Assembly: GCA_043799545.1 (NCBI GenBank)
Contig: JAZDNO010000024.1
Coordinates: forward strand, 1-32,711
From: Methanobacteriota archaeon
GTDB taxonomy: Archaea > Thermoplasmatota > Thermoplasmata > SG8-5 > DAIRED01
DNA length: 32,711 bases
Reading direction: 5' to 3'
Shown here: in pieces, positions 8,601 through 17,920 of the stretch
How the letters are laid out: each line of letters opens with the position of its first letter
Numbering within the stretch: the stretch's first letter is position 1
Program-made: the position numbers and the translations under genes
The notes under the pieces: generated by a model
What the model was told of the DNA's origin: nothing
What the model saw: the letters and a program-made list of their open reading frames with translations, nothing else
The model's database searches: none

Positions 8601-10428
8601 GCCTGTTATAGCGATTTCCAGCCCCGTCAGTGCTCTCGTATTTGCCGATGCCATACCTTGTATTGGCCACGAATGCAAAGGCCCCGGTCGGGTTGCACAC
8701 CAAATGCTCGATGATGCAGTCGTTGTTGTCAAAAGCCCCGGGATAGCATCCTTGGCTGTATCCGAAGAAATATTTATTGTTGGTTAATTTGTCAACGTCA
8801 GAAATCCTCATCTTCATCACGAGCCCTATCCACGCGTGCCCGAGACCGTTCACGATGTGGGTGCCGTTGTTGATTATCCCTGTCAAATCGCTTGCGGTCC
8901 AGGCCGCATCCTCGGCGTATAACGTTGACACGTAGTATTCATCGGGGATGCCGGCGGTGGTGTAGCCATGTGCATCCGAGCCGTCCTTGATTTCGTCCAT
9001 GGACTTGCCAGCATACTCCGCATCGCCGCCAAATCCGAGCCATTCCCCGACCATCAACATTTCTCCGAGATAGGGATCTGTCGCATTCTCATATGATAGT
9101 GTCTTCATTACAAAATTCGATACTTCGGTTTCGTTGTCCACCGGCGCCCTTCCGGTGAAAACCTCCGCGACAAGATCGACTTCCCCCCCGTCTGTTCCGT
9201 CGGTTGGCTCGGCCCAGAAGATGTCCTCGTCGCTGTTGAAGTTGCCGTCCAGGCATGCGTAATATAGGTCTGATGGTATTTTATCGTCCTCTAGAAATTC
9301 ACCAGAGCTGAGAGCCTCACCCAGACAATAGGCGTAGAAACCGCGAATAGGAACGATGTTCTGCCCTCCCGCAACAAGGTCGCCATCTCCGCCAAGCAAT
9401 ATATATTCAGTATTCCAATTGACATACGCATCCTTAATAAAATTGCGAATTTGCGCCTGCGTGTCATTGAAAAGAGGGTTCGAATCCCAATATTCTTGTT
9501 CAACGACAATCTCTTCGACTGTTACTATCGTGGCGTTCAGGCCCCTAATCGTCTTGGAGTCCACAAGGTCCTGAAATGTGTAGCTGCCCGATGAAGCTTT
9601 TAATTCCTCATTCGTTATTATTACGTATTCATATGTGTCCGATGGGTCAACGATTGAGGACAAGCTGCCCTCCGCAACCCCCCTGGTTTCGGTCGTTTGC
9701 TTATAACGAGTGGTCGCCCCGGGGTTGTCAACCATCTGTTTTACTCGCATCTCGTCGATGGGGGAATGTCGGAGCATCGCAGCGTCGTGTGTGTCAATCG
9801 CTCTGTGTGCGGTTGTGATTTTCACACTAATCTCCTCATAATAGGTGATTGTCCCCGATTGTGGCACATATTGAACGGGATAGAGATTCAAAATATGGAT
9901 GCCGTAACCCCTAAATTGCTGTGTTGATCCCGTGGAATACAGTTGTCCGGGGTAGGGATTCGACGATGAATATATATCTTCGTCCGGAGGCGTCCACACA
10001 CTTTTTATGCCCTGGGACAGGGTGACGGACCTTTGGCCTGGTATGATGTCATAGCTGCCATCCAGTACACTCCTTCCGCTGCCGAGAACACTGATGCTCT
10101 GAACATTTGCCGATGGAGGAAGAAGCAACCTTGCAGTTTTAAACGGGAGGATGGGCTCTCCCTGCGAACCGTAACTTTGGAGGCCCGGCATTGTTATCGA
10201 GGCGTATCCGTCTGCGAATTCCAATTTAGGGGGTGGAAAATGGTAGGTGAACTCCATGGCATCGGGCGCAGGCAAAACGCCTTCATCCCCGATACTTCCA
10301 GCCGCATCCTCACGCTCGGCTGAAATCGATTGCATCCCCGCAGATGGATAGATGCTGAGTATGAACATCGCCGCGATGATGAGCGCGCCGATTCTGCCCT
10401 TCGTGCATTTGCGAAAATCCAACATCAA
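5650..10428 (-). CDS. Secreted multidomain C25 (gingipain-like) cysteine peptidase with propeptide, two CARDB-like domains, a BACON/Ig-like domain, a NosD-like right-handed beta-helix and a C-terminal domain
   Basis: A signal peptide follows RBS GGGGGAGG (start TTG 10428 or ATG 10425). The C25 core has YILLGGD, PSDLYYACLDG, GRAPVD, His in NGLGHA, Cys in SQGCYPG, ANTRYG and LFGDP. HDVxVxDI..P CARDB starts and N-rich beta-helix repeats follow. The C-terminal domain carries two GWNLI/VxxP motifs. Confidence 0.9.
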   Translation of the reverse strand: MMLDFRKCTKGRIGALIIAAMFILSIYPSAGMQSISAEREDAAGSIGDEGVLPAPDAMEFTYHFPPPKLEFADGYASITMPGLQSYGSQGEPILPFKTARLLLPPSANVQSISVLGSGRSVLDGSYDIIPGQRSVTLSQGIKSVWTPPDEDIYSSSNPYPGQLYSTGSTQQFRGYGIHILNLYPVQYVPQSGTITYYEEISVKITTAHRAIDTHDAAMLRHSPIDEMRVKQMVDNPGATTRYKQTTETRGVAEGSLSSIVDPSDTYEYVIITNEELKASSGSYTFQDLVDSKTIRGLNATIVTVEEIVVEQEYWDSNPLFNDTQAQIRNFIKDAYVNWNTEYILLGGDGDLVAGGQNIVPIRGFYAYCLGEALSSGEFLEDDKIPSDLYYACLDGNFNSDEDIFWAEPTDGTDGGEVDLVAEVFTGRAPVDNETEVSNFVMKTLSYENATDPYLGEMLMVGEWLGFGGDAEYAGKSMDEIKDGSDAHGYTTAGIPDEYYVSTLYAEDAAWTASDLTGIINNGTHIVNGLGHAWIGLVMKMRISDVDKLTNNKYFFGYSQGCYPGAFDNNDCIIEHLVCNPTGAFAFVANTRYGIGKYESTDGAGNRYNRQFFDALYGESIRNLGRANQDSKEDNIGYLHNGERDSCDMRWCYYEITLFGDPEISIKDRSVQDHDVTVTDITAPTNSRPGAKITVNATIYNAGTNDESDIDIYLSVNGVVDNSTAVASVQKGMHATVCFDWTAPGLGEYEIELDVSPVPGESITKNNRRNTTVVAASYPDILVTPETLKITGEPRNIYEEALNETVYGPSTAGETGPMWLDNSNIINCTLYLDVAGTEWYEMEENNDYTINYTTGEIDTTPFEPYDDGWVFYAHYTYCSTEPIEAGIAVGNAGTANLDFAITDIVNASWLSVHETGGSVAVGNQTDLTLSLTTELEAGTYFGGIIITSNDLDNARIVVPVELEMLLPQHDISIGDFVAPTTTEVGETTYANVTVHNKGASGESNLAVDFNVNGVTKETTAIPYLASGGSTDLDFPWTPGSTGVYAIEIRAATIAGENLTINNHVEKSVTAAVYRVHNLDKGTRYPTIQSGIDDASAGHEIFVESGTYTERILINKSVQLRGESWGNTFIDGEGNTTVNINNARWVDISGLTIQNASRFTESGILLYASMVNVTDCVITGNNDGIRNYKPYSYFRPNLLVSNCSVEGNNNDGIVLEESTRNMIIDSMIQSNALSGISVKASSNNLIANSTFIGNNVGITIINSRNDTLDNNTASFNDDMGFYFLLSTGCIVSNNTMANNMHGIYLLSGSNSNTIRNNNMSENINYAVYLADSESNKIYLNEFFNNTKQAYDDKCNNRWDNGYPSGGNYWGDYSGIDHFYGPAQDQSGPDGVGDAPYLNIQGGTGALDRYPLMTPGVLPDPPLADFRIPVVLGWNLISVPTIPFDSALLTSLRDNDGDTLWDRAMRYDVGNSIDHWQQHNTNWLTAWNDFKNADNTMGIWINITNLGDGYLNLTGIVASATRIPLRAGWNLVGYPSLCANITVGNAFWGTGADCVEVFDQGAPYRTKVVGPAYIMKPGEGYWVHVQADSVWTVDW

Positions 10429-10707
10429 CGCCTCCCCCTCGATGGCACAATAGCCCGGTTTCCGCGAGTCGGGGATGCAATCGAGCCGTCAAACGACCCA
10501 GAAATCCCTTTATCGGGTGATGGAACATCGGCGTTCTTATGGACCACATGGCGAATATCCGTTTACTGTCTATTAAAACTATCGCACCCGTCAGATTCGA
10601 TGAAACGGATTCGTGGGCAGTTGCATTGCGAGCGGCTTACCATTTTCGCCCACCCCCGCGTCAGATTTATCTACCTCCCCGCCCAATATACTCTGACGGT
10701 GATTACC

Positions 10708-11193
10708 ATGGGTCTGTTCGGAGGGGACAAAATCAAGGTGAAGCTGCGCGGCGCGACCGCCATCGCGTTCATCGAAGCAAAGGGGCCGTACGGGAAGATT
10801 CCGTACGACGAGATGTACGGAAAGCTTTTCGCGTGGGCCAAGGAGTCCGGCTCCAAGCCGGGGTTCAGCACGCTCAACATCTACGACAGCGACCCGAACG
10901 TGACACCGGAAGCTGAGCTGGCAACGCGCGTCGCGATACCGCTGTACAAGGCAGGCGAGCCGAAGGGCGAGGTCGTGGTCGGGCAGCTGGCGGAGATGGA
11001 AGTGGCGGTGAAGAAGTTCGAGGGGCCGTCGGAGGGGTACAACGCCGCCTACGCCGAGCTGGGGAAGTGGATTGCGGACAACGGCTACAACGTCGCGGGG
11101 CCCCCGATGGAGGTCTTCACGAAGAAGCCGAAGGTCAAGGACGGGAAGACAATCATCTACAGCGAGATACAGTTCCCCGTGGCGAAGAAGTAA
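10708..11193 (+). CDS. GyrI-like small-molecule-binding (AraC effector-binding) domain protein
   Basis: The real start is probably ATG 10708 (MGLFGGDKIK), just after RBS GGTGAT; the upstream part of track ORF 10330 is not protein-like. Motifs include 'GPYxxIPYxxMYxxLFAWA', 'FEGPSEGYNAAYAELGKWI.DNGY...GPPMEVF' and 'EIQFPV'. Confidence 0.85.
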   Translation: MGLFGGDKIKVKLRGATAIAFIEAKGPYGKIPYDEMYGKLFAWAKESGSKPGFSTLNIYDSDPNVTPEAELATRVAIPLYKAGEPKGEVVVGQLAEMEVAVKKFEGPSEGYNAAYAELGKWIADNGYNVAGPPMEVFTKKPKVKDGKTIIYSEIQFPVAKK

Positions 11194-11254
11194 AGGGCAT
11201 GCCCCCGCCGCTCTGCCGAAAACGATAATAACAGCCGCGACTATCTGAATCCCC

Positions 11255-12676
11255 ATGAACAAGGAAGAGTTGCTAGCTACGCTGAACCCGCACCAGCTAG
11301 CCTACGTGAATCTTGGCCTGCCGAACCCGAGGAACGGAGAGTACATGCTGTGCGCCTTCAGGCTCGTCCCAGGAGGCAAGCTGAATATGCTCCAGGCGGC
11401 CTGCGAGGTCGCGGCCGAGTCGTCGACGGGGACGAATTTCCTGGTCAACACCGAGACTCCGTTCTCGCGCGAGATGAACGCCCTCGTGTACGACATAGAC
11501 GGCGGTCATGTCTGGATAGCCTACCCGACGCGCCTTTTCGACCGCGGGGGGAACATCCAGAACATCCTCACGTACGTCGTGGGCAACGTCCTCGGCATGA
11601 AGGAGGTCCATTCTCTCAGATTGGAGGACGTCTGGTTCCCGCCGGCGATGCTGGAGCAGTACGACGGACCAAGCTACACCCTTGACGACATGAGGAAATA
11701 CCTGGACGTCCACGGCCGGCCGATTTTGGGCACCATCGTGAAGCCGAAGATGGGGCTCACATCCGCGGAGTACGCGGAGGTCTGCTACGACTTCTGGGTG
11801 GGCGGAGGCGATTTCGTGAAGAACGACGAGCCGCAGGCCAACCAGGACTTCTGCCCGTATGACAAGATGGTCCGCCACGTCAAGACCGCGATGGACAAGG
11901 CCGTGAAGGAGACTGGCAGGAAGAAGGTCCACTCGTTCAACGTCTCGGCGGCCGATTACGACACGATGATAAAGCGGTGCGAGATGGTCAGGGGCGCTGG
12001 ATTCGAGCCGGGCTCCTACGCCTTCCTGATAGACGGCATAACCGCGGGCTGGATGGCCGTCCAGACCCTCCGCAGAAAGTACCCGGACGTCTTCATACAC
12101 TTCCACAGGGCGTCGCACGGCGCCTACACGCGCCCCGAGAACCCGATTGGCTTCTCTGTGCTGGTGCTCTCGAAGTTCGCTAGGCTGGCGGGCGCATCGG
12201 GCATCCACACCGGGACCGCCGGCGTGGGCAAGATGGCCGGAACGCCGGAGGAGGACGTCACGGCCGCCAACAGCATCCTGCGCTACAGGGCCAAGGGGCA
12301 TTTCTTCGTGCAATCATGGGCGACGATTTCCGAAACCGACGAGGACATCGAGAGGCTCGCCACGGAGGACTATGCCGGGAAGCCGATTCTGCTGGACGAC
12401 GATTGGCGGGGGATGAAGAAGTGCTGCCCGATAATCTCCGGGGGCCTCAACCCCACGCTGCTGAAGCCGTTCATCGACGTGATGGGTCACACGGATTTCA
12501 TCACCACGATGGGCGCCGGCTGCCACGCCCATCCGCGGGGGACCAAGGCTGGGGCGACCGCGCTCGTCCAGGCCTGCGAGGCTTACACGAAGAAGGTGGA
12601 CATCGCAGAATACTCCAAGACGCGGAAGGAGCTGGCCGAGGCGATCGAATTCTTCGGGAAGGCGAAGAGGGAGTGA
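11255..12676 (+). CDS. rbcL: Ribulose-1,5-bisphosphate carboxylase, form II/III, with Rubisco assembly domain-like insert
   Basis: All catalytic motifs are present: AAESSTGT, VGNVLGM, IVKPKMGL, GGDFVKNDEPQ (carbamylated Lys-x-Asp-Glu), FHRASHG, GIHTGT, GKM, SGG and GAG. There is an extra ~30-aa segment, SWATISETDEDIERLATEDYAGKPILLDDDWRG, before KKCCPIISGG. Confidence 0.95.
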   Translation: MNKEELLATLNPHQLAYVNLGLPNPRNGEYMLCAFRLVPGGKLNMLQAACEVAAESSTGTNFLVNTETPFSREMNALVYDIDGGHVWIAYPTRLFDRGGNIQNILTYVVGNVLGMKEVHSLRLEDVWFPPAMLEQYDGPSYTLDDMRKYLDVHGRPILGTIVKPKMGLTSAEYAEVCYDFWVGGGDFVKNDEPQANQDFCPYDKMVRHVKTAMDKAVKETGRKKVHSFNVSAADYDTMIKRCEMVRGAGFEPGSYAFLIDGITAGWMAVQTLRRKYPDVFIHFHRASHGAYTRPENPIGFSVLVLSKFARLAGASGIHTGTAGVGKMAGTPEEDVTAANSILRYRAKGHFFVQSWATISETDEDIERLATEDYAGKPILLDDDWRGMKKCCPIISGGLNPTLLKPFIDVMGHTDFITTMGAGCHAHPRGTKAGATALVQACEAYTKKVDIAEYSKTRKELAEAIEFFGKAKRE

Positions 12677-12727
12677 AGCGCAGGATTCCTGTGAAGGATT
12701 TGCCTGCAGCGAAGGGGTGAGGAATCG

Positions 12728-13213
12728 ATGGCGAGGAAAAACGCGACGTTCGCCGCCGGATGCTTCTGGGGAGTGGAACGCGAGTTCAGCCGCGTGAAGG
12801 GGGTCTCGGGGACCGAGGTAGGCTACACGGGAGGGCACACGGAAAACCCGACCTACGAGCAGGTCTGCACCGACAAGACCGGCCACGCCGAAGCCGTGCG
12901 CGTGGAGTACGACCCGTCCGTCGTGACCTACGGAGAGCTTCTCGACGAATTCTGGAGCATCCACGACCCGACGCTGGTGAACCGCCAAGGCCCTGACGTC
13001 GGGAGCCAGTACCGCTCGGCGATATTCTACCACGACGAGATTCAGATGCGCGAGGCCATGGCGTCGAAGAAGCGCCTCGATGCGTCCGGCGAGCTCTCCC
13101 GCCCCGTCGCCACAGAGATAGCGCCGGCGCAGCCCTTCCACCGCGCCGAGGAGCACCACCAGCGCTACCACGAGAAGAACGGCACGGCCGGGTGCGCCAT
13201 AAGGCGCAAATGA
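12728..13213 (+). CDS. msrA: Peptide-methionine (S)-S-oxide reductase
   Basis: Motifs [35 protein letters not shown] and AEEHHQRY, plus a C-terminal Cys. Confidence 0.95.
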   Translation: MARKNATFAAGCFWGVEREFSRVKGVSGTEVGYTGGHTENPTYEQVCTDKTGHAEAVRVEYDPSVVTYGELLDEFWSIHDPTLVNRQGPDVGSQYRSAIFYHDEIQMREAMASKKRLDASGELSRPVATEIAPAQPFHRAEEHHQRYHEKNGTAGCAIRRK

Positions 13214-13258
13214 GCAGGCAGTCAATCTTATACGCGCGTTGTGTGATGTCGAGGGGAC

Positions 13259-13843
13259 ATGAAAGCGGTAAAATCGCTGATGCTGGTGTCCTCTTCCCCG
13301 AGGCGCTTTGAGATTCTCATGGGGGTCGTGCCAGGGCTCAAGGTAATTTCCCCGACCTGCAAAGAAGTCCCTGTGCTCACCAAGGATGACCTAATATCCA
13401 ACGCTGCCCGAAAGCTGGAATCCGTGAAGCTAGCCAAAAAGGGTGTCGCAATCTCCGCGGACACTGCAGTTTTCCTCGACGGTCGCGCGCTGGGCAAGCC
13501 ATCGTCGCCCGCGGAGGCCGTCGAAATGCTCCGCTCGCTCTCCGGCCGCTGGCACGAGGTGGTCACCGGGGTCGCGCTTTATATCGACGGCAAGGTCGAG
13601 ACGTCCAGCGAGACGACGAGGGTGCTTTTCAAAAAACTGGATGACGCGGCCATTCGCTCGTACGTTGCGACCGGCGAGCCCCTCGACAAAGCCGGCGCCT
13701 ACGGCATCCAGGGGCTCGGCGGGCGTCTCGTCGAGAAGATAGAAGGGGATTATCACAACGTCGTCGGGCTGCCTTTGCCCTTGCTGGAAAGCATGCTGGA
13801 ATCGCACGGGCTCGCGCTCCCGGAGCCAGGGAAAGATATATAA
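13259..13843 (+). CDS. maf: Maf-family nucleoside triphosphate pyrophosphatase (YhdE-like)
   Basis: Motifs SSSPRR, ISADTAV, LGKP, LSGRWHEVVTG, YVATGEPLDKAGAYGIQG and GDYHNVVGLP. Confidence 0.93.
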   Translation: MKAVKSLMLVSSSPRRFEILMGVVPGLKVISPTCKEVPVLTKDDLISNAARKLESVKLAKKGVAISADTAVFLDGRALGKPSSPAEAVEMLRSLSGRWHEVVTGVALYIDGKVETSSETTRVLFKKLDDAAIRSYVATGEPLDKAGAYGIQGLGGRLVEKIEGDYHNVVGLPLPLLESMLESHGLALPEPGKDI

Positions 13844-13867
13844 CCCCCCAGGTTTTGGCAATGAACG

Positions 13868-14749
13868 ATGTCGAAGGCGAAGGCCGTATGGGAGCTGACG
13901 AGGCTGGAGCACGGCCTCATGCTCGGCGTGGCGGTCCTGACCGGGGCGCTGATAGCGGCCGGAGAGCTTCCGGCTGCCTGGAACTTCGCGCTCGCTTTCC
14001 TGACCGCGCTGCTGATCGAGGCCAGCACCTTCGCGCTGAACGATTATTACGACTTCGAGATTGACAAGGCGAACGGGCGCACCGACAGGCCGCTCGTGCG
14101 CGGCGATTTGGCGAAGCGCGACGCTCTCTTAGTCTTCGCGGCGCTGTTTCCTTTGGGGATCATATGCTCGTTCCTAGTTAACTGGACGTGCTTCCTCATC
14201 GCGCTGGCGTCTGCGGTCCTGGCCGTCGCCTACGACGCGGGGATGAAGCGCTTCAAGCCCTTGGGCAACCTGTACATTGCGTACACGATGGCGGTTCCGT
14301 TCGTCTTCGGCGCTGCGGCGGTCGTGGACGGTTCTGGCCTTGACCTGAACCTTTCCACCCCCGTGCTGATCCTTGCATCGGTAGCCTTCCTGGCAGGGGC
14401 GGGGCGCGAGGCGATGAAGGATGCGGAGGACGTTACCGGGGACTCCAAATCGGGTGTGAAGTCCTATGCGACGATTCTCGGACCCCGGAGGGCGCTGGCC
14501 GTGGCTGCCGAGTTCTACTGCATCGCGGTCGCGCTCGCGTTCGTGCCCTTCCTGTCGTCCAACTTCGGCAGTTATTATAATAATATATATTATATCCTTC
14601 CAGTCCTCGTCACGGATGCCATGCTGCTCTTCACGGTCGCCTCGATCCTCTCCAAGCCGGAGCCCGACCTGAAGTTCCACCGGAGGTTGACGCTGGCGGC
14701 GCTGCTGGTCGGCCTTGTCGGATTCCTTATGGGCGCGTTCGTGGGCTGA
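13868..14749 (+). CDS. UbiA-family prenyltransferase, probable digeranylgeranylglyceryl phosphate synthase
   Basis: Multi-TM protein with NDYYDFEIDKANGRTDRPL and REAMKDAEDVTGD aspartate-rich motifs, and the N-terminal 'ELTRLEH' typical of DGGGPS. Confidence 0.88.
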   Translation: MSKAKAVWELTRLEHGLMLGVAVLTGALIAAGELPAAWNFALAFLTALLIEASTFALNDYYDFEIDKANGRTDRPLVRGDLAKRDALLVFAALFPLGIICSFLVNWTCFLIALASAVLAVAYDAGMKRFKPLGNLYIAYTMAVPFVFGAAAVVDGSGLDLNLSTPVLILASVAFLAGAGREAMKDAEDVTGDSKSGVKSYATILGPRRALAVAAEFYCIAVALAFVPFLSSNFGSYYNNIYYILPVLVTDAMLLFTVASILSKPEPDLKFHRRLTLAALLVGLVGFLMGAFVG

Positions 14750-14794
14750 GGGCGCTGGAGCGGCTGCGTGATGCGCCAACCGCCGACGGAAGCG

Positions 14795-14800
14795 TTAAAT
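14795..14800 (+). promoter_or_regulatory. Probable TATA box of the tRNA-Ala promoter
   Basis: TTAAAT preceded by a purine-rich BRE-like GGAAGCG, about 28 nt upstream of the tRNA 5' end. Confidence 0.55.
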
Positions 14801-14827
14801 CCCCGGGGGTATTCCCAGGCAACGCGC

Positions 14828-14901
14828 GGGCTCATAGATCAGACCGGAAGATCGCCTGCTTTGCAAGCAGGAGGCCGCGGGTTCAAATCCCGCTGAGTCC
14901 A
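14828..14901 (+). tRNA. tRNA-Ala (anticodon TGC), CCA not encoded
   Basis: Cloverleaf read directly: acceptor GGGCTCA/TGAGTCC with the G3:U70 alanine determinant, D-stem GATC/GATC, anticodon stem CCTGC-TTTGCAA-GCAGG, T-arm GCGGG-TTCAAAT-CCCGC, discriminator A. Confidence 0.97.
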
Positions 14902-14919
14902 TTTTTCTGTTTTGCTTTT
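14902..14919 (+). terminator. Oligo-T archaeal terminator after tRNA-Ala
   Basis: TTTTTCTGTTTTGCTTTT lies immediately 3' of the tRNA. An A-run at ~14931-14940 gives a T-tract on the minus strand for the convergent ATPase gene. Confidence 0.6.
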
Positions 14920-15028
14920 AAGCCGACGGAAGAAAAAAAATGGAAAGGACTAGAGGTTTCCGTCGATTTCCGAACAAGGAGCTAGCCCGGCCCTGTGGCA
15001 AGGACAACATTTTGCGAGCCTTGCCCGA

Positions 15029-17800
15029 TTAGATGCTCTTGTGTGCAGCCGGTGAATTTTGGGCATTGACGGCTTTCCTCCTCTCCCACACCCGCCTCGC
15101 CGCCTTCTCCGCCTCCACTAGGACGAAGACGCTGCTGGACACCAGGACGCACAATCCGAAGTAGAATGGCGTCAGGGGCTCGAGCTCGAATATCGTCGCC
15201 AGGGCGGGGATGTACAGGACCGCAAGCATCAGCCCGGTGCTCACGGCCACTGCCGCCAGCAGCCAGGGATTGGCGAAGAACTTGCGCGAGAGGACCGTGC
15301 CGCCCTCGATGCGTATCGCCAGGACGTGCCAGAGCTGGAAGAAAGCCAGCGTGGTGAAGCAGAGGGTGTGGGCATGTTCGATTCCCTCGGTCAGTCCGTA
15401 ATCGAAGAGCCACAAGCACCCCGACATCATGAGGAGCCCGACCCAGGCGATATGGAGGGCTATCCCGCCTGCGAGTATACTCTCCTTCGGGTCGCGCGGC
15501 GGGCGCTTCATTATCCCCCCCTCGGGCGGCTCGACGCTGAGCGCGAGCGCGGGAAGACCGTCGGTGACGAGGTTAATCCAAAGTATCTGGATGGCCACTA
15601 AGATTGGGAACGATTCGTCCGGCCAGAGCAACATGGGCCCAAAGATGGAAGCCACGAATATCACCAGCACCTCGCCGGAGTTTGTGCTCAGCATGTACCT
15701 GATGAACTTGCGCATGTTGTCGTAGACTGCTCGGCCCTCCTCGGCCGCGGCGACAACGGTTGCAAAGTTGTCGTCCGCCAAGACCATCGCGGCGCTCTCC
15801 TTTGCCACGTCAGTGCCGGTGATTCCCATAGCCACGCCTATGTCGGCTCCCTTCAGCGCAGGGCCGTCGTTCACGCCGTCGCCGGTCATGGCGACGATGT
15901 GGCCCCTGGCCTTCAGCGCCTTGACGATTCTGACCTTGTGCTCCGGCGAGACCCTCGCGTAGACGGACAAATTCTCCACGCCGCGCTCCAGCTCGTCGTC
16001 GGACATGAGGGCCAGCTCGTCCCCGAGCAACGACTGGTCGCCTGGCTTGAGGATGTTCATCTCCTTCGCGATTGCCAGCGCCGTGAGCTGGTGGTCGCCG
16101 GTGATCATGACGACCCTGATGCCCGCATCGTTGCATCGAGCGATGGCGTCAAGCGCCTCCAGCCTGGGGGCGTCCATAATTCCGAAAAGAGCCGTGAAGC
16201 AGAATCCCTCCTCCGAGGACTCGTCGAACTTTGCAGGTGAGCTTTCTAGATCCTTGGTCGCCAGCGCTATGACGCGCAGCCCCCTGGACGCCATCTCCTT
16301 GTAAGCGCTCATCGTCGCGGCCGCGTCTCTGTCGTTGAGCGGTGCCGCCGCACAGCCAGACGCGACGAAAGCGCATTTGCTGAGCACAACCTCCGGGGCG
16401 CCCTTGAGCACGGCCAGCGTCCGCCCTTCTGACCTGTGCACAGTGGTCATGCGCTTGCGCTCCGATGTGAAGCCGACCTCGCCCACTCTGGGCCATGACG
16501 CTCGCACAGAATCTATTGAGAGCCCGCAACGCGCGGCCGCGACGACGAGGGCGCCCTCAGTCGGGTCCTCAGTCACGTCCCACCGACCGTCCTTCTCGTA
16601 CATCGAGGAATCGCTGCAGAGCGCCGCGGCCTCTAGCGCCTTGAGCAGCTCTCTCTCTCCGTCAGGAGCCAGAGCGACACCGCCTCGATGCAAAGTGCCC
16701 TCGGGAGAGTAGCCCTCCCCCTTTATTTCGTAGAGATGGCCGCCGACGCGCACCTCGCGAACATTCATCTTGCCTTCGGTCAGCGTCCCGGTCTTGTCGC
16801 TGCAGATGACCGTGACCGCCCCGAGCGTCTCTACGGACTGGAGCTTGCGGATGAGGGCGTGGCGGCGCGACATCCTGACCATGCCGAGGGCTAGGGCGAT
16901 AGTCACGACCGCCGGGAGCCCTTCCGGCACCGCGGCGACGGCCAGGCTCACCGAGGTGAGGAATCCCGTCAGGATGTCGTCAGGGTTTTGGATGTAACCG
17001 ACGGCGAAGACGAGCGCGCTGACGCCGATAACAGCCAAACCGATTGATTTCCCGAGCTTGTCCAGGCGCTTCTGCAGGGGCGTGTCCTCAGACTTCTCGG
17101 ACTGGACGAGCCCCGCTATCTTGCCCAATTCGGTCCGCATGCCAGTGGCCGTGACGACCGCCTTTCCACGCCCCCTCTCGACGATTGTCCCGCTGAAGAC
17201 CATGTTGGCCCGGTCGTTGATGATCGCCTTAGCGCCCATGGGTCCGACGGACTTATGGACCGAGACTGATTCGCCGGTCAGCGAAGCCTCGTTGACGTGC
17301 AAACCGATCGACTCGATCACGCGGCAGTCCGCTGGGACCTTGGAACCGGCGCTGAGCACTATGACGTCACCTTGCACAAGCTTCTTCGACTCGACTGTTG
17401 CGACCGCCCCCTCGCGCACGGCCTGAGCCTTCGGTGCTGCCATTGCCTTGAGGGCATGGATTGCCCTCTCCGCCTTGTACTCCTGGAAGAACCCGAAGGC
17501 CGCGTTGAAGGCGACGATGACGAGGATGACGACCGCGTCGTACAGCTCCGCATCCGAACCCTGACTCAGGCCGATGTAGGTGGAGATGGCCGCAGCGAAT
17601 ATTAGGATGATTACGAGGAAGTTCGTGAACTGGCCAAGGAATATCGAGAGGGGGCCGCGCATCTTCGCCGCGACCAGCTCGTTTGGCCCGTGCTCGGCCA
17701 GCCGTTTCGAAGCCTCGCTGTGTGCCAGCCCGTTTCCCGAACTTCCGAGCTTTTCTAAGGCGTCGTCCACCGATAGAGTGTACCATTCGTCCTCAGGCAT
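15029..17800 (-). CDS. Cation-transporting P-type ATPase, type II (SERCA/Ca2+-like)
   Basis: Motifs GPNEL, LTGES, VPEGLP, DKTGTLT (phosphorylated Asp), [23 protein letters not shown] and WINLVTDG. Likely start is ATG 17800 (MPEDEW), with an AT-rich promoter-like sequence ~20-30 nt upstream. Confidence 0.95.
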   Translation of the reverse strand: MPEDEWYTLSVDDALEKLGSSGNGLAHSEASKRLAEHGPNELVAAKMRGPLSIFLGQFTNFLVIILIFAAAISTYIGLSQGSDAELYDAVVILVIVAFNAAFGFFQEYKAERAIHALKAMAAPKAQAVREGAVATVESKKLVQGDVIVLSAGSKVPADCRVIESIGLHVNEASLTGESVSVHKSVGPMGAKAIINDRANMVFSGTIVERGRGKAVVTATGMRTELGKIAGLVQSEKSEDTPLQKRLDKLGKSIGLAVIGVSALVFAVGYIQNPDDILTGFLTSVSLAVAAVPEGLPAVVTIALALGMVRMSRRHALIRKLQSVETLGAVTVICSDKTGTLTEGKMNVREVRVGGHLYEIKGEGYSPEGTLHRGGVALAPDGERELLKALEAAALCSDSSMYEKDGRWDVTEDPTEGALVVAAARCGLSIDSVRASWPRVGEVGFTSERKRMTTVHRSEGRTLAVLKGAPEVVLSKCAFVASGCAAAPLNDRDAAATMSAYKEMASRGLRVIALATKDLESSPAKFDESSEEGFCFTALFGIMDAPRLEALDAIARCNDAGIRVVMITGDHQLTALAIAKEMNILKPGDQSLLGDELALMSDDELERGVENLSVYARVSPEHKVRIVKALKARGHIVAMTGDGVNDGPALKGADIGVAMGITGTDVAKESAAMVLADDNFATVVAAAEEGRAVYDNMRKFIRYMLSTNSGEVLVIFVASIFGPMLLWPDESFPILVAIQILWINLVTDGLPALALSVEPPEGGIMKRPPRDPKESILAGGIALHIAWVGLLMMSGCLWLFDYGLTEGIEHAHTLCFTTLAFFQLWHVLAIRIEGGTVLSRKFFANPWLLAAVAVSTGLMLAVLYIPALATIFELEPLTPFYFGLCVLVSSSVFVLVEAEKAARRVWERRKAVNAQNSPAAHKSI

Positions 17801-17920
17801 CCGTGTTGAATCGGCACATTGATAGATAAGGATGACGCCCGTCCAACTCGCTTCCAAATCAAGTCAGAAATACGCAACCTATTTATCTCCCCCCCGCCTC
17901 CCTCATGACAGGGGATACGG

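Noticed and set aside
10330-10707. N-terminal extension of the GyrI-like ORF
   Set aside because: It overlaps the start and promoter region of the divergent C25 gene and is not protein-like. An RBS marks ATG 10708 as the start.
11255-12676. RuBisCO-like protein (form IV), or evidence of Calvin-cycle autotrophy
   Set aside because: The full catalytic set argues against form IV. No phosphoribulokinase is in the window, so autotrophy is unsupported.
14782-14932. 11-bp direct repeat GCCGACGGAAG flanking tRNA-Ala (14782-14792 and 14922-14932) as an att site
   Set aside because: It does not duplicate the tRNA 3' end, no integrase is nearby, the copies are only 140 bp apart, and a chance or promoter/terminator origin is plausible.
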